A DNA stretch of 63,829 nucleotides from Thermoplasmata archaeon (GCA_023256615.1 JAGDXO010000027.1:1-63829); one strand, 5' to 3'; counted from the stretch's first letter, positions 49,547 through 62,570 are shown. Numbers and translations are program-made. The notes: a model not told the origin generated them from the sequence alone.

Positions 49547-50656
49547 ATGAAAATAACAGTAAGTTTGATTAAGGCCGATGTTGGAGGACTTGCAGGGCAT
49601 TCAAGAGTTCATCCAGATTTGAAGGCTGAAGCGTCACTCGTCCTTGAAAGTGCTAAAAATTCAGGTAAATTGATAGATTATTATGTAACATCAGTAGGAG
49701 ATGACTTACAGTTATTGATGACTCATAAAGAAGGAGAAAATTCATCATATGTACATGGGCTTGCTTGGGAAGCATTTATCAGAGCTACCGAAATAGCGAA
49801 GAAATATAAGTTATATGGAGCAGGTCAGGATCTTCTGAAGGATACATTTTCCGGAAATCTCAAGGGAATGGGTCCTGGCGTTGCCGAAATGGAAATAGAG
49901 GAAAGGAAGAGTGAGCCGATAGCTGTGTTCATGATGGATAAAACGGAACCAGGTGCATTCAATCTGCCGATCTACAAGATGTTCGCAGATCCGTTTAATA
50001 CACCAGGACTTGTAATAGATCCCCATATGCACGATGGTTTTGAATTCGAGGTATGGGATGTTATAGCTCATAAGAAAATCATACTAAAGACACCTGAGGA
50101 AATGTACGATTTACTTGCACTTATAGGTTCGAAGAGCAGATATATCATCAAGAGAGTTTATCCGTCCCAGAAAAATCCACACCTTTCGCATGAGCCTGTT
50201 GCTGTGGTTAGCACAGATAAATTGCATGAGATAGCAGGGAAATATGTCGGTAAGGATGATCCTGTAGGTATTGTAAGGGGGCAGGCCGGCTTACCTGCTA
50301 TGGGAGAAATACTCGAAGCCTTCTCATTTCCACATCTGGTATCCGGGTGGATGAGGGGTAGTCATAACGGGCCTCTTATGCCAGTATCAATTGAAGATGC
50401 AATTCCTTCAAGATTTGATGGACCACCTAGGGTGATAGGACTCGGATTCCAGCTGGCGGAAGGAAAGCTTATAGGTCCTGCTGATCTTCTCGGGGAAAGG
50501 GCATTCGATCAGGCCAGGGAAATTGCACTCACAATGACTGAATTTATGAGAAGAAATGGTCCATTTGAACCTCACAGACTGCCAGACGAGGAAATGGAAT
50601 ATACAACAATGCCGGAAGTGCAGAAAAAACTTCAGAAGAGAATGGTAGACCTATAA
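49547..50656 (+). CDS. fbp: Fructose-1,6-bisphosphate aldolase/phosphatase (ATG 49547 after AGGTGA SD)
   Basis: KADVGG, VGDD, YGAGQD, DKTEPG, YVGKDDP, GWMRGSH, MEYTT. Confidence 0.96.
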   Translation: MKITVSLIKADVGGLAGHSRVHPDLKAEASLVLESAKNSGKLIDYYVTSVGDDLQLLMTHKEGENSSYVHGLAWEAFIRATEIAKKYKLYGAGQDLLKDTFSGNLKGMGPGVAEMEIEERKSEPIAVFMMDKTEPGAFNLPIYKMFADPFNTPGLVIDPHMHDGFEFEVWDVIAHKKIILKTPEEMYDLLALIGSKSRYIIKRVYPSQKNPHLSHEPVAVVSTDKLHEIAGKYVGKDDPVGIVRGQAGLPAMGEILEAFSFPHLVSGWMRGSHNGPLMPVSIEDAIPSRFDGPPRVIGLGFQLAEGKLIGPADLLGERAFDQAREIALTMTEFMRRNGPFEPHRLPDEEMEYTTMPEVQKKLQKRMVDL

Positions 50657-51246
50657 TGCCAAACGGAAACCTCAGAGGAATGCTTCTAAAAGACAGGATC
50701 ATAGATATTGTCAGAGGAGACGGTAAATCAATATCCGAGATCTATAAGGAAGTGAATCTAGACGAGGATTCTAAAATACACAGATTGACACTTACAGGTT
50801 ACCTGTGGGCAATGGCCGATTTTGGTTTCCTGAAGGAGAGGTACCAGAAACCCTCTAAGCTCTATTCCCTAAACAAAAAGGAAGAAAATAGTATTTATGA
50901 AATCGTAGCCTCTAAACTATCAGATGAACCCGAAGAAAAAAAGGCAAATGAAATTCTATATGTTCTCTATAAAATCCTAGATAGACCAATATTCAGGGTA
51001 GAAATGGAAAGAGCGGGAATTATAGGGGATATTAAGGCCAAAAAGATAGATAAGAGGGAAAGGAAGAAACTAATTGAAAAAGTGGAACTGAAGGGTCTAA
51101 GGATCACGCCTGATACTGAAGCATTCATCCCAATGGAAGAATATCCAGAACTTGCCTTCAGAGTTATACTCGATATTATTGCAGAAAAATTTGACATAAA
51201 GAAAGACAAATCAGGAGTACAGAAGAAATTAGAAAATATTCTTTAA
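50656..51246 (+). CDS. Hypothetical protein with probable N-terminal wHTH
   Basis: SISEIY..V...HRLTLTGYL..M...G.L...PSKLY; TAATG-coupled to fbp. Confidence 0.65.
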   Translation: MPNGNLRGMLLKDRIIDIVRGDGKSISEIYKEVNLDEDSKIHRLTLTGYLWAMADFGFLKERYQKPSKLYSLNKKEENSIYEIVASKLSDEPEEKKANEILYVLYKILDRPIFRVEMERAGIIGDIKAKKIDKRERKKLIEKVELKGLRITPDTEAFIPMEEYPELAFRVILDIIAEKFDIKKDKSGVQKKLENIL

Positions 51247-52698
51247 TATTTTTCTCTCACGCAGGAATGATAGGTCGTTCCTGTATATATCCCTGATATC
51301 TTCTAAATTTAGCACGAGCATGAGGAGTCTCTCTAGGCCAAGCCCCCAGGCCGCTACGTTATATCTTATACCCCATGGCTTAAGGACTTCAGGTCTGAAC
51401 ATTCCGGCACCTCCCAGTTCCATCTCCTTTCCCATAAATTTTCCATGAATTTCTAATGAGGGTTCTGTATAGGGGAAATAACTGGGTTTAAACCATATTT
51501 CTGTAATCCCTATTCTGTTATAGAATTCTTTCAGTGTTTTCATAAGGGTCCCGAAAGTGACCCCTTCCCCGGCTATAACTCCTTCAACCTGAGTGAACTC
51601 AGCAAGATGCCTTGAATCCACATTTTCCCTTCTGAATATTTTCTCAACGGAGAATATCTTGCATTTTTCATTTGGATGTTCTACAAGGTATCTTATTGTG
51701 TTGACTGTTGTATGTGTTCTAAGAAGCATTTTTGAGGCTTCCTTCTCTGACCAATCATATTGCCACCCCTTGGATCCACTTATTCCCCTCTCATGAACAT
51801 CCCTTATTTTATTGACCATGTTTCTATCTAATTCTGCTTCGCCTTTCACATAGAACGTATCCTGCATCTCCCTTGCAGGGTGGTTCTGCGGGATAAAGAG
51901 TATATCCATATCCCAGAAAGCACTCTCGACAATCTCTCCCTTCAACTCGCTGAATCCCATCTGAAGCATCACTTCCCTCACCTGGTTTATGAATTCAGAA
52001 AGAGGATGTATCTTACCAGGGAGATAACGGGGGGCATACATATTCACATTATAAGGTCTCAATTTTATCTCATCATTGAACTTATCTATGACATCAGGAG
52101 TTATCTGGTTAATTTCATTTGTTTCAATAAGCTCATCATCACTTATTCTCTCCGCTTCCTCTGTAAGTCTGATACTTCTGACCATTCTTACCTTTTCATT
52201 CAGAAATCCCTTCCTAGATTTCACTATCTCAGCATCATTTTCATCTATCTGTCCATCCTTAGCCCTTGACAGTATATCTTTAATTTTTTCTATACTTTTA
52301 GAAAGTTTTGAATCATCATCAATGACAATTTTTCCATCAACCACCTTACCTCCTAATCTCAATATCTGTGCAAGTCCATATCTTAAATCGTCTCCCATAA
52401 CTTTTTCAAGTTCACTGAGGATATTGATCCCCTGATTGTAATATTTCAGGAGATTTTCTTCAGGCAAGCCTTTTTCAAGAACTCTCTTCCCTTCAGGACC
52501 TATTACATAATATTTTACTGGATGCTCTGAAACATTTACCAGTTTCTTTTCCTTAAGCCAGGATATGGAACTAGACGCTTCATTTCTTTCAATATTCTTG
52601 AAGATATCTTCAGAATCCACATACCCTTTACCCTTCAAAAATTTGATCAGCTTCTTCTCACCATTAGTCAGTTCCACATATCCACAATCCCAAATCAT
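51229..52698 (-). CDS. pheS: Phenylalanine--tRNA ligase alpha subunit
   Basis: HPAREMQDTF, LRTHTT, FRRE, YFPYTEPS, AWGLGLER. Confidence 0.96.
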   Translation of the reverse strand: MIWDCGYVELTNGEKKLIKFLKGKGYVDSEDIFKNIERNEASSSISWLKEKKLVNVSEHPVKYYVIGPEGKRVLEKGLPEENLLKYYNQGINILSELEKVMGDDLRYGLAQILRLGGKVVDGKIVIDDDSKLSKSIEKIKDILSRAKDGQIDENDAEIVKSRKGFLNEKVRMVRSIRLTEEAERISDDELIETNEINQITPDVIDKFNDEIKLRPYNVNMYAPRYLPGKIHPLSEFINQVREVMLQMGFSELKGEIVESAFWDMDILFIPQNHPAREMQDTFYVKGEAELDRNMVNKIRDVHERGISGSKGWQYDWSEKEASKMLLRTHTTVNTIRYLVEHPNEKCKIFSVEKIFRRENVDSRHLAEFTQVEGVIAGEGVTFGTLMKTLKEFYNRIGITEIWFKPSYFPYTEPSLEIHGKFMGKEMELGGAGMFRPEVLKPWGIRYNVAAWGLGLERLLMLVLNLEDIRDIYRNDLSFLRERKILKNIF

Positions 52699-52760
52699 TG
52701 AAAAATTTTATCATTCAGATAAAGATTAATTTTTTAATATATTGAGTAGATAGGGGGAGG

Positions 52761-54143
52761 ATGGAAAAAGAAGAACCTGAGGATAACTTTTCAGAATGGT
52801 ATAATGATATTATAGAAAGAACAGGTCTATCCGACAAGAGATATCCAGTAAAGGGTCTGAATATCTGGCCGCCATACGGCTGGAAACTGATGAGAAATAT
52901 TGACCAGATGATAAGAAAATACTTTGATTCCAAAGACTATCAGGAAGTGAATTTCCCGACCTTAATTCCTGAGAGTCAGTTCAATAAGGAAGCAGAGCAT
53001 ATAAAGGGTTTTTCAAATGAAGTATATTGGATCACTCACGGGGGGAACGATCCTCTTGATGAGAAGTTAGTACTCAGGCCAACAAGCGAAACTGCAATGT
53101 ATCCTATATTCTCGCTATGGGTCAGGAGTCATGCGGATCTTCCTTTAAGAATTTACCAGATCGTCAATGTTTTCAGGTATGAGACTAAACAGACAAGGAC
53201 CTTTATCAGGGTAAGGGAAATACATTTTATTGAGGGGCACACCTGCCATGAAGACTATCAGTCTGCGGAGAGGCAGGTCAGTGATGACATAGAGATATGG
53301 AAGAATATCGCTGACGAAGTGGCTCTACCCTATATTATGGGTAAGAGACCGGATTGGGATAAGTTTCCGGGAGCCCATTACACAATTGGTGTGGATACAT
53401 TTTTCCCTTCAGGAAGGAGTTTGCAGATAGCGACCATGCACCATTACAAGGATAATTTCTCAAAACCTTATGACATAGTATACACAGATGAAAATGGGGA
53501 GAGAAAATATGCCCACCAGACAACATTCGGAATTTCAGAAAGACTTGTTGGGGCCATAGTGGGAATTCATGGCGACAAAAAGGGTCTTATACTTCCTCCA
53601 AAGGTAGCTCCGATTCAGGTTATAATAGTCCCGATTCCAGGCGAAGGGGTTATTGAATATTGCAAGAAGCTTCTGAAAAATCTGACGGAAATGGGAATAA
53701 GAGCAAAACTTGATGACAGGGATCAGTACACACCAGGATGGAAATACAATGATTGGGAGGAAAAGGGCATTCCATTACGTATTGAGATTGGACTGAGAGA
53801 AGTCAGGGATAACAAAGTCACTCTCGCATATAGGACAGGTGGAAAGAAGAACATGTTAATTGAATCTTTCATGTCTGAAGTACAGAATATTCTTAATGAA
53901 ATTCAGGAAATAATCAAGAAAAATGCCAAAGAGAAAATGGACTCTTACATTAAATTTATTGATGATATTGAAAAATCTGATGATGTAATGCCAAATGCAA
54001 TATATTGGTGCGGATCAAGAGAATGTGCAACCAAGATAGAAGAGAAAACAGGAAAATCAATACTATCATCATCTGAAGAATATGGAAAATGCATTATATG
54101 CGGGGAAAAGGGTAATAAAACAATAATATCTAAGAAATACTGA
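52761..54143 (+). CDS. proS: Proline--tRNA ligase (archaeal/eukaryal type)
   Basis: LRPTSET, FRYETK, DKFPGA, GL.LPP..APIQV, C-terminal Zn site. Confidence 0.97.
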   Translation: MEKEEPEDNFSEWYNDIIERTGLSDKRYPVKGLNIWPPYGWKLMRNIDQMIRKYFDSKDYQEVNFPTLIPESQFNKEAEHIKGFSNEVYWITHGGNDPLDEKLVLRPTSETAMYPIFSLWVRSHADLPLRIYQIVNVFRYETKQTRTFIRVREIHFIEGHTCHEDYQSAERQVSDDIEIWKNIADEVALPYIMGKRPDWDKFPGAHYTIGVDTFFPSGRSLQIATMHHYKDNFSKPYDIVYTDENGERKYAHQTTFGISERLVGAIVGIHGDKKGLILPPKVAPIQVIIVPIPGEGVIEYCKKLLKNLTEMGIRAKLDDRDQYTPGWKYNDWEEKGIPLRIEIGLREVRDNKVTLAYRTGGKKNMLIESFMSEVQNILNEIQEIIKKNAKEKMDSYIKFIDDIEKSDDVMPNAIYWCGSRECATKIEEKTGKSILSSSEEYGKCIICGEKGNKTIISKKY

Positions 54144-54333
54144 TATCCTTAGCCCTCAATCTGGAGAGCCATATTCCAAGGATCCCGAACAGTATAAGTA
54201 TTATGGAAATGCTGTATAGGCCTATATCATTCCAGTCCCCATAAGCTATAGACCAGGATAAATAGAATATCACAGCTCCAAGGAGCATTACGAACGACAG
54301 GAAACCCAGTACTTTATTACCATCTAATTTCAT
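54130..54333 (-). CDS. Small 2-TM membrane protein
   Basis: Two hydrophobic helices linked by YGDWNDIGLY. Confidence 0.65.
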   Translation of the reverse strand: MKLDGNKVLGFLSFVMLLGAVIFYLSWSIAYGDWNDIGLYSISIILILFGILGIWLSRLRAKDISIS

Positions 54334-54508
54334 TCAAGGCTGATAGATATCTTCCTTATATTTTTTATGAGGGAAATTGATGGTGCAAAAATGTTTAGTA
54401 TTATGAATCCATATAGATAAGCAATTCCAGAGGTTCAAAAATGAAATGGTATGGAAATATAAATATAGGAAAGTTTTATCGCTCTGGAAGCATTAGGAGT
54501 AGATTTTA

Positions 54509-54763
54509 ATGGCCAAGTTTAATATACTGTTACACGAAATGGTCCCAGAACACATACTGGTACCAGTGGAAGAGGAAGGAAAGTTATTGGAGGAACTAGG
54601 TATTTCTAAAAATCAATTGCCAAAGATCAGGAAATCAGATCCCGTAATAAAAGCCCTGGAGAAGATCAGCGGTGATATTGAACCTGGCAGGATAGTTAAG
54701 ATAGTGAGGAAAAGCAGGACAAGTGGAATTGCAACAATTTATAGGATGGTAATAGGTGAATAA
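54509..54763 (+). CDS. rpoH: RNA polymerase subunit Rpo5 (H)
   Basis: HEMVPEH, LPKI..SDP, RKS.T.G...YR. Confidence 0.96.
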   Translation: MAKFNILLHEMVPEHILVPVEEEGKLLEELGISKNQLPKIRKSDPVIKALEKISGDIEPGRIVKIVRKSRTSGIATIYRMVIGE

Positions 54764-54766
54764 ATT

Positions 54767-57700
54767 ATGAAAAGTATTTTGAATACATTTTTTAGAGAAT
54801 ATGAGGTTGTGAACCATCAACTCGTCTCATACAATGATTTCATACCCACTGAGGATAACCCTGACTCAATAATGCAGCAGGTTTTTGATACATTGAGGGT
54901 AACGGATGATGATGAGCCTGGAGAAATGAAGCTGGATAGATCCAAGACAGGCGGTGCAGATATAAGGATAAGATTTGGAAGGCGTCTAGGCAAAGGGAAA
55001 AATGAGCCAACAGTTACAATAGAACTTCCGAAGATAAGGGAGCCAACAGGTTCAGAAAACTATATTACGCCTCTAGAAGCAAGACTAAGAGACTTGAATT
55101 ACATGGCCCCGCTGTTTCTTGAGTTTACCGTGATAGAAGATGACGTTGAAACAAGAAATGAAAAGATAAAAATCGGCGAATTTCCCGTAATGGTAAGATC
55201 TAAGATTTGCATACTCCATAAGAACAACATAGATGAGTTCATAAGGAGAATAAATCTGAGAAAGAATGAGAAGATAAGGGGAATGACTGAGGAAGAACTT
55301 TTAGCGATGCCCTATGAGAAGAAGGTTCAACTGCTGGGCGAAGATCCGCAGGACCCGGGAGGTTATTTCATTATCGGAGGCACTGAGAGAACTCTAATCT
55401 CCATGGAGGACCTTGCACCAAACAAAATAATAGTAGAATATGAGGAAAGATACGATACCAAGATTGAGGTTGCAAAGATATTCTCACAAAAGGAAGGCTA
55501 TAGGGCTTTAATCACAGTAGAAAGGAAGGCAGATGGTATATTGATAGTGTCAATACCTTCAATCGCAGGTACAATCCCTCTTGTTGTACTGATGAAGGCG
55601 CTTGGTGTTGATAAGGATAAGGATATCTACGACTCAGTTGTAACAAATGAAAGGATGGTTCCTATAATTTATGCCAACATTGAAGATGCAGAGAATCCGG
55701 AACTTTACCCACCAGGTGGAATAATGAGTACGAAGGACGCGATAAATTACCTCGAAAAGAGATTCGCGGCAGGGCAAGCAAAGGAATTCAGAGAGAAGAA
55801 ATTATCGCAGATACTTGACAAAAATCTGCTTCCACATCTTGGCGATTCTCCAGAAGACAGGACAAAGAAAGGAATTTATCTCGGTAGAATGGCAAGAGCC
55901 CTTCTTGAATTGCATCTTGGAATAAGGAAGGAAGATGATAAAGATCATCTGGCTAACAAGAGAATAAAGCTTTCTGGAGATTTGATGGAGGAGCTTTTCA
56001 GAAGTTCAGCCCAGGCCCTTCTCAAAGATCTTAAGGGTCAATTGGAAAAAACATATAACAAGAAAAGAGGAATAAGGCTGAGCGCAGCTGTAAGGCAAGA
56101 TGTGCTAAATGAGAAGTTGAAGCATGCACTTTCCACAGGAAACTGGATTGGCGGAAGAACCGGGGTTTCCCAGCTGCTCGAAAGGACTTCTTACATAGCT
56201 ACATTATCGCACCTAAGAAGGATATCCTCTCCACTGACAAGATCACAGCCTCACTTTGAGGCAAGAGATCTTCATCCGACACAATGGGGAAGGATGTGCC
56301 CGAATGAAACACCGGAAGGCCAGAACTGCGGACTTGTTAAGAATGCAAGTCTTATCATAGACATCACGGAAGGCTATCCGGAAGAAAATATAATAGAACT
56401 GCTCAAGAAAATGGGATTGGAGGAGATTCTTGGGGAAAAACCAGGTCTCACGAGAATCTACGTTAATGGAAATCTTGTAGGTTATCATAAAGACGGGAAT
56501 TATGTTGTATCAGAACTGAGAAAGAGAAGAAGGAGTGGGAACCTATCAAATCAGGTTAATGTAAGGTATGATGATACCACGAATGAAGTAATAATAAATA
56601 CCGATAAGGGAAGGATAAGGAGGCCTCTCTTGATAGTATACGATGGAAAGATAAAATTCAATTCAAAGATCAGGGAAGAGCTAGATCAGGGTAAGATAGG
56701 TATAAAGGACCTGATTTCAAATGGCATAATAGAATGGCTTGATGCTGAGGAGGAAGAGAACGCTTACATAGCTATTTATCCCTATGAGAAGCCCGAAAAA
56801 TGTCCCCATTGTGGTACTTTCCTCTACAGTGATAAAATCGACTGGATCAATCCCGGAGAGGAAAAGATTAAACTAAAATGCCTGAATTGCAACAGCGTCT
56901 TTGAAGTTAATAAGCTATACAATGAAGAGCATACTCACCTTGAAATTGATCCTATGATCATACAGGGAGTGGTCGTAGGCGTTATACCTTATACAGAACA
57001 CAACCAGTCTCCAAGGGTAACGATGGGTGCGGCAATGACAAAACAGTCCCTCGGTCTTTCATCTTCAAATTACAGGTTGAGGCCTGATACCAGGGGTCAC
57101 GTTCTTCATTATCCACAGAAGCCTCTGGTTACAACAAGGACAGCTGACTACATAAAATACAATCAGAGACCATCGGGACAGAATGCTGTTGTAGCATTAA
57201 TCTCCTATCACAATTATAACATCCAGGATGCAATCATAGTGAATAAGGCGTCGGTGGAAAGAGGATTTGGAAGATCTGCTTTCTTCAGGACTTACAGGGC
57301 AGAGGAAAAGAGATACCCTGGTGGCCAGGAAGACAGATTTGAGATACCACCTCCGGAGGTTAGAGGAGTCAGGAGTGAAGAAGCTTACAGGAATATAGAT
57401 GAAAATGGAATGATTGCGCCAGAGACATTCGTCACCAGTGGGGATGTTCTTATTGGAAAGACTTCACCCCCGAGGTTCATGGAAGAGGAGCAGCACATAT
57501 CAATCCAGAAGAGAAGGGAAAGTTCGATAACAAACAGACCCGGAGAGAGCGGATATGTTGATTCCGTTCTGCTCACAGTCTCTGAAAATAACAGCAGGCT
57601 TCTGAAAGTAAAAGTTAGGGATGACAGAGTTCCGGAACTGGGTGATAAATTCGCAAGCAGACACGGGCAAAAAGGTGTCATTGGAGCAATAATACCTCAG

Positions 57701-58384
57701 GAAGATATGCCTTTCACTGAAGAGGGCATAATTCCGGACCTTATAATAAATCCACATTCAATTCCGAGCAGAATGACGGTAGGACACCTTCTTGAAACAC
57801 TAGGAGGTAAGGCTGGATCTCTCGAAGGAAGATTCATAAACAGTACTGTCTTCAACGGTGAGCCGGAAGAATCCTTGAGAGAAGCCCTTGAGAGAAATGG
57901 ATATAAGTATACTGGCAGAGAAACAATGTATGATGGTCTTACTGGAAGGAAGTTCAAGGCGGATATATTTGTTGGAGTTGTTTACTATCAAAAGCTTCAT
58001 CACATGGTGGCCGGGAAATTCCATGCAAGGTCCAGGGGACCTGTTCAAATACTTACAAGGCAACCTACCGAGGGAAGATCCAGGCAGGGAGGGCTAAGGT
58101 TTGGAGAGATGGAAAGGGATACGCTTATTGGACACGGAGCAGCAATGGCCATAAAGGATAGACTTCTTGACCAGAGCGATGGATTCACTATCTATGTATG
58201 CGGTGATCCAGACTGCGGTCACGTTGCAATATATGATTACAAGACACATCAGCTTAGGTGCCCTGTCTGTGGAAACACCAGCAATATACATCCCATTGAG
58301 ACCAGTTATGCATTCAAACTGATGAGGGATGAGTTGATGTCACTTGGAGTTGTTATGAGATTGAGGTTGGGTGATCTGAAATGA
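54767..58384 (+). CDS. rpoB: RNA polymerase subunit Rpo2 (fused B)
   Basis: [35 protein letters not shown]. Confidence 0.99.
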   Translation: MKSILNTFFREYEVVNHQLVSYNDFIPTEDNPDSIMQQVFDTLRVTDDDEPGEMKLDRSKTGGADIRIRFGRRLGKGKNEPTVTIELPKIREPTGSENYITPLEARLRDLNYMAPLFLEFTVIEDDVETRNEKIKIGEFPVMVRSKICILHKNNIDEFIRRINLRKNEKIRGMTEEELLAMPYEKKVQLLGEDPQDPGGYFIIGGTERTLISMEDLAPNKIIVEYEERYDTKIEVAKIFSQKEGYRALITVERKADGILIVSIPSIAGTIPLVVLMKALGVDKDKDIYDSVVTNERMVPIIYANIEDAENPELYPPGGIMSTKDAINYLEKRFAAGQAKEFREKKLSQILDKNLLPHLGDSPEDRTKKGIYLGRMARALLELHLGIRKEDDKDHLANKRIKLSGDLMEELFRSSAQALLKDLKGQLEKTYNKKRGIRLSAAVRQDVLNEKLKHALSTGNWIGGRTGVSQLLERTSYIATLSHLRRISSPLTRSQPHFEARDLHPTQWGRMCPNETPEGQNCGLVKNASLIIDITEGYPEENIIELLKKMGLEEILGEKPGLTRIYVNGNLVGYHKDGNYVVSELRKRRRSGNLSNQVNVRYDDTTNEVIINTDKGRIRRPLLIVYDGKIKFNSKIREELDQGKIGIKDLISNGIIEWLDAEEEENAYIAIYPYEKPEKCPHCGTFLYSDKIDWINPGEEKIKLKCLNCNSVFEVNKLYNEEHTHLEIDPMIIQGVVVGVIPYTEHNQSPRVTMGAAMTKQSLGLSSSNYRLRPDTRGHVLHYPQKPLVTTRTADYIKYNQRPSGQNAVVALISYHNYNIQDAIIVNKASVERGFGRSAFFRTYRAEEKRYPGGQEDRFEIPPPEVRGVRSEEAYRNIDENGMIAPETFVTSGDVLIGKTSPPRFMEEEQHISIQKRRESSITNRPGESGYVDSVLLTVSENNSRLLKVKVRDDRVPELGDKFASRHGQKGVIGAIIPQEDMPFTEEGIIPDLIINPHSIPSRMTVGHLLETLGGKAGSLEGRFINSTVFNGEPEESLREALERNGYKYTGRETMYDGLTGRKFKADIFVGVVYYQKLHHMVAGKFHARSRGPVQILTRQPTEGRSRQGGLRFGEMERDTLIGHGAAMAIKDRLLDQSDGFTIYVCGDPDCGHVAIYDYKTHQLRCPVCGNTSNIHPIETSYAFKLMRDELMSLGVVMRLRLGDLK

Positions 58385-61035
58385 AAGTTGAGGTGTCCAA
58401 GGGTATCAGCGAGATTAAATTCGGTTTATTGTCTCCAGATGAAATTAGAAAAATGTCTGCTGTGAAGGTTATAACTCCAGATACATACGATGATGATGGA
58501 TTTCCTATAGAAAAAGGCCTAATGGACCCTGCGATGGGTGTAATAGAACCAGGAATGAAATGCAAAACCTGTGGAGGCAAGGTCGATCAGTGTCCAGGAC
58601 ATTTTGGGCATATAGAGCTTGCAATGCCCGTACTACATATAGGATTCATAAAGGAGATTTATTCCATTCTGGGAAGCACCTGTTCTAATTGTGGAAGAAT
58701 AAAATTAACAGATGACAGAATAAATGAGTATAAGAAGAAAATAGAGGAAGTCAAGAATAAGCTTCATGATATAGATTATGATGATATTGTATCAGATGCG
58801 GAATCAGAGGCCAGTGATGTCGTAATCTGTCCACACTGTCACTTTGAGAACAAGAAAATATCACTTGATAAACCAACCACATTCAGGGAAGAGGGAAAGA
58901 AACTCACTCCTAAGGAAATAAGGGAAAGATTTGAAAAAATTCCAGATGACGATCTTATTCTACTCGGAATGGATCCACTGGTTGCAAGACCAGAATGGAT
59001 GATTCTCACAGTATTCCCTGTACCACCTGTGAATGTGAGACCTACAATTACACTGGAAACTGGAGAAAGAAGCGAAGATGATCTCACCCATAAACTTGTT
59101 GATGTTATTAGGATAAACCAGAGACTCAGGGAAAATAGGGATCAGGGCAGTCCTCAGTTAATAATAGAGGATCTGTGGGACCTTCTGCAATATCATATTA
59201 CCACTTATTTCGATAACCAAACTCCTGGAACTCCCCCTGCAAGACACAGGTCTGGAAGATCACTTAAAACTCTGGTACAGAGATTGAAGGGAAAAGAAGG
59301 AAGATTCAGGAGTAATCTTTCAGGTAAGAGGGTTAATTTCTCAGCAAGAACGGTCATAAGCCCAGAGCCTTTCCTATCGATAAATCAGGTGGGGGTACCA
59401 GTAAGGGCTGCAAGAGAGCTGACTGTTACTGAGACTGTTACGGAGCACAATATGGAGAGAATGAAGGAAATGATAAGGAGGGGTCCAGGAAATGACGACC
59501 CTGCTGTTTATTATCCGGGTGTTAACTACGTCTACAGAAGAGATGGTAGCAGAATTAAAGTCTCCGAGAAAAATGCCAAGGATGTCGCGGAGAAAATAGA
59601 AGTTGGCTGGCAGGTTGAAAGGCAGCTTCAGGATGGAGATATAGTCCTGTTCAACAGGCAACCAAGTCTTCACAGGATGTCAATGATGGCACACGAAGTA
59701 AAGGTACTTCCATACAGAACTTTCAGATTCAATCTTGCGGTATGTACTCCTTACAACGCAGATTTCGATGGGGACGAGATGAATCTTCACGTACTTCAAA
59801 GCCAGGAAGCAAGGGCAGAGGCAGAAATTCTTATGAAGGTGCAAGAAAACTTCCTTTCACCAAGATTCGGTGGACCGATTATGGGTGCAATCCATGATCA
59901 TATAACAGCCCTGTTTCTGCTAACATACAGGAATCCCCTTATTCCAGTAGATATGGGAATGCATATTCTTTCCTATGTAGATATAAAAGAAATGCCTCCT
60001 GTGGTTGAGGAAGATGGAAAGAGATATTATCACGGTAGAGACATTTTCTCGACAATTCTACCTGAGGGTGTAAATATAGAATTCAAGGGTAAATTAAATG
60101 ATAAAAATCTTGATCCCGAAGGAACGGAGGGGATTGTCAAAATAGAAAACAGCAAACTTATAAATGGTGCAATAGATGAAAATGCTATCGGGCAGTCAAA
60201 GGGAGTCCTGCTGGATTATGTTATCAGGAAGTTCGGTAATGCGAGAGGTGCTGTGTTCCTCAACGACCTGACAAGGCTCGCAGCAGGAACAATCAGCTAT
60301 ATAGGATTCTCAACGGGAATTGATGATGAGGATGTACCCCATGAGGCAAAGATGCAACTAAGGGAAGTAGGAAAGGATTCAGTAAGTAAAGTGGAAAAGC
60401 TTATAGAGAATTACAGGAACGGCCTCATAGGGCCTGAACCAGGTAAAACGCTTGAAGACACTCTGGAATCAATGATAATGAAGGTACTTTCCCAGGCAAG
60501 GGAAAAGAGTTCAGAAATAGCTTCACACTATCTCGGTATGGAAAATTCAACTGTCATAATGGCAAGGTCAGGTGCCAGGGCAAATATGATGAATCTCGCT
60601 CAGATGGCGGGTATCATAGGGCAGCAGAGTATAAGAGGTCAGAGACAGCACAGGGGTTATACTAACAGAACACTTCCGCATTTCAAGAAGGGAGATATAG
60701 GAGCTTATGCAAGAGGCTTCGTAACGTCATCTTACAAAGAGGGTCTCAATCCAACAGAATATTTCTTCCACGCAACAGGAGGAAGAGAAGGTCTTGTAGA
60801 TACTGCTGTCAGGACAAGCAGATCTGGTTACATGCAGAGGAGACTGATAAATGCCCTGGAGGATCTGAAAGTTTCAGAGGAGAGAAAGGTTCTTGATACT
60901 GAAGATTCGGTCATTCAAATGATATATGGAGAGGATGCAACTGATCCTTCAAGATCATTTGCAGGTGAATCTGTTGATATTGATTATATAGTTAAGGAGA
61001 CCTTTGGTAAAAAATATGGAGGTGTAAAGAAATGA
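58381..61035 (+). CDS. rpoA1: RNA polymerase subunit Rpo1N (A')
   Basis: [34 protein letters not shown]. Confidence 0.99.
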   Translation: MKVEVSKGISEIKFGLLSPDEIRKMSAVKVITPDTYDDDGFPIEKGLMDPAMGVIEPGMKCKTCGGKVDQCPGHFGHIELAMPVLHIGFIKEIYSILGSTCSNCGRIKLTDDRINEYKKKIEEVKNKLHDIDYDDIVSDAESEASDVVICPHCHFENKKISLDKPTTFREEGKKLTPKEIRERFEKIPDDDLILLGMDPLVARPEWMILTVFPVPPVNVRPTITLETGERSEDDLTHKLVDVIRINQRLRENRDQGSPQLIIEDLWDLLQYHITTYFDNQTPGTPPARHRSGRSLKTLVQRLKGKEGRFRSNLSGKRVNFSARTVISPEPFLSINQVGVPVRAARELTVTETVTEHNMERMKEMIRRGPGNDDPAVYYPGVNYVYRRDGSRIKVSEKNAKDVAEKIEVGWQVERQLQDGDIVLFNRQPSLHRMSMMAHEVKVLPYRTFRFNLAVCTPYNADFDGDEMNLHVLQSQEARAEAEILMKVQENFLSPRFGGPIMGAIHDHITALFLLTYRNPLIPVDMGMHILSYVDIKEMPPVVEEDGKRYYHGRDIFSTILPEGVNIEFKGKLNDKNLDPEGTEGIVKIENSKLINGAIDENAIGQSKGVLLDYVIRKFGNARGAVFLNDLTRLAAGTISYIGFSTGIDDEDVPHEAKMQLREVGKDSVSKVEKLIENYRNGLIGPEPGKTLEDTLESMIMKVLSQAREKSSEIASHYLGMENSTVIMARSGARANMMNLAQMAGIIGQQSIRGQRQHRGYTNRTLPHFKKGDIGAYARGFVTSSYKEGLNPTEYFFHATGGREGLVDTAVRTSRSGYMQRRLINALEDLKVSEERKVLDTEDSVIQMIYGEDATDPSRSFAGESVDIDYIVKETFGKKYGGVKK

Positions 61036-62570
61036 TTCTTGCCTGGAAAGATACCGTTAAGAAAATTAAGGAGATAATTGAAAAGGCACCGGTATGTTAC
61101 TGTGTGGATTATGACATTCCAGCTGAAGAAGGAGTAAGTGAGGCACTTCTCACAATATCCGGAAAAACATTTGTTGCCCGCGCGAATATTTCTAAGATAG
61201 AAGAATATAGCAAGGGGAGCGAATGCCTAAAAAAGAGGAAAGATGGCCTTAAAACTTGCATAAAGATAGAATCAATCGAGGAAATACAGGATGATGTTGT
61301 TAATTATGAGGAATTCACCGGCGGATCTATAGAGAAGATAGAGTCATACGCATTCATAATTCATAAAGAGGAAGCCAAGATAGAATTGAAAGAATCTTTC
61401 GAAGAGAAACTTGAAAAGGAAGTAAAAGAAATAATTAAGAAAGCTGAAAACAAAGGAGTTCCTTTACCTGTAAAGATTGCCCAGAAAATAAGCGATGCAA
61501 AGAAAAAATATGGAATAGGCGATAAGGATCTTGATAAACTCATAGATGCTACCATAGAAAAATATAAGGAAACAACGGTTGATCCTTATGAAGCGGTTGG
61601 AATTGTAGGGGCACAGAGTATAGGCGAGCCAGGTACTCAGATGACCATGAGAACTTTCCACTTCGCAGGAATTGCTGAAATGGATGTAACCCTGGGTCTT
61701 CCAAGACTTATAGAAATTGTTGATGCAAGAAAAACTCCCAGCACACCTTCAATGACAATTTACCTGAATGAAAAGGTCAAGGAAAATGAAGATAAGGCAA
61801 TATCCCTTGCAAGGTCAATAGAGTCAACAAATCTTCTTGATATTTCAGATATAGAAGTAAATACGACTGAAAGCTTCATAAGAATATTTCTTGATAAACA
61901 GAAGCTTGAGGAGAGGGGACTGAAAAAGGAAGAGGTAATCGCAAAATTGAGAAAAATGAGAATGCAGAAAGCTACAATACAGGAAGAGGGATACGAATTG
62001 AAGATAACACTTGAGGAGCCCTCCTTCAAGAAATTGTACCAGCTTTATGAAGCTCTAAAGGTTTATCAGATAAAAGGTCTGGATGGAATTAAAAGGGCAA
62101 TAGTTAAATTTGACCAGAAGGCCAAGGAATGGGTTATATATACGCAGGGATCAAATCTTGCAGGTGTGATGGAGCTGAAGGATGTTGATTTCACAAGAAC
62201 GAGGACAAATGACATAATTGAAATATCCCAGGTACTTGGGGTGGAAGCAGCAAGGATGGCTATAATAGAAGAAAGCATATCCACGCTGCAGAATGCTGGA
62301 CTTAACACAGATATAAGGCACCTTATGCTGGTTGCAGATATGATGACTTTCGATGGGAATGTCGAAGCCATAGGAAGACACGGAATTTCAGGAAAGAAGG
62401 CATCAGTTCTGGCCAGGGCAGCATTTGAAATAACGAGCAAGCATCTGCTGAACGCAGGTTTGATAGGTGAAGTAGATAAGCTGAACGGGGTAGCGGAAAA
62501 TATTATAGTGGGGCAACCAATTACGTTGGGTACTGGTGCAATAAAGCTAATGTACAAAAGAGGTGATTGA
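61032..62570 (+). CDS. rpoA2: RNA polymerase subunit Rpo1C (A'') with N-terminal extension
   Basis: [33 protein letters not shown]. Confidence 0.97.
   Translation: MILAWKDTVKKIKEIIEKAPVCYCVDYDIPAEEGVSEALLTISGKTFVARANISKIEEYSKGSECLKKRKDGLKTCIKIESIEEIQDDVVNYEEFTGGSIEKIESYAFIIHKEEAKIELKESFEEKLEKEVKEIIKKAENKGVPLPVKIAQKISDAKKKYGIGDKDLDKLIDATIEKYKETTVDPYEAVGIVGAQSIGEPGTQMTMRTFHFAGIAEMDVTLGLPRLIEIVDARKTPSTPSMTIYLNEKVKENEDKAISLARSIESTNLLDISDIEVNTTESFIRIFLDKQKLEERGLKKEEVIAKLRKMRMQKATIQEEGYELKITLEEPSFKKLYQLYEALKVYQIKGLDGIKRAIVKFDQKAKEWVIYTQGSNLAGVMELKDVDFTRTRTNDIIEISQVLGVEAARMAIIEESISTLQNAGLNTDIRHLMLVADMMTFDGNVEAIGRHGISGKKASVLARAAFEITSKHLLNAGLIGEVDKLNGVAENIIVGQPITLGTGAIKLMYKRGD

Noticed and set aside
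54425..54489. TTCCAGAG/CTCTGGAA inverted pair as ORB/replication origin
   Set aside because: Lacks the GGAAA and G-string of ORBs, no cdc6 nearby, and an 8-bp match can be chance.
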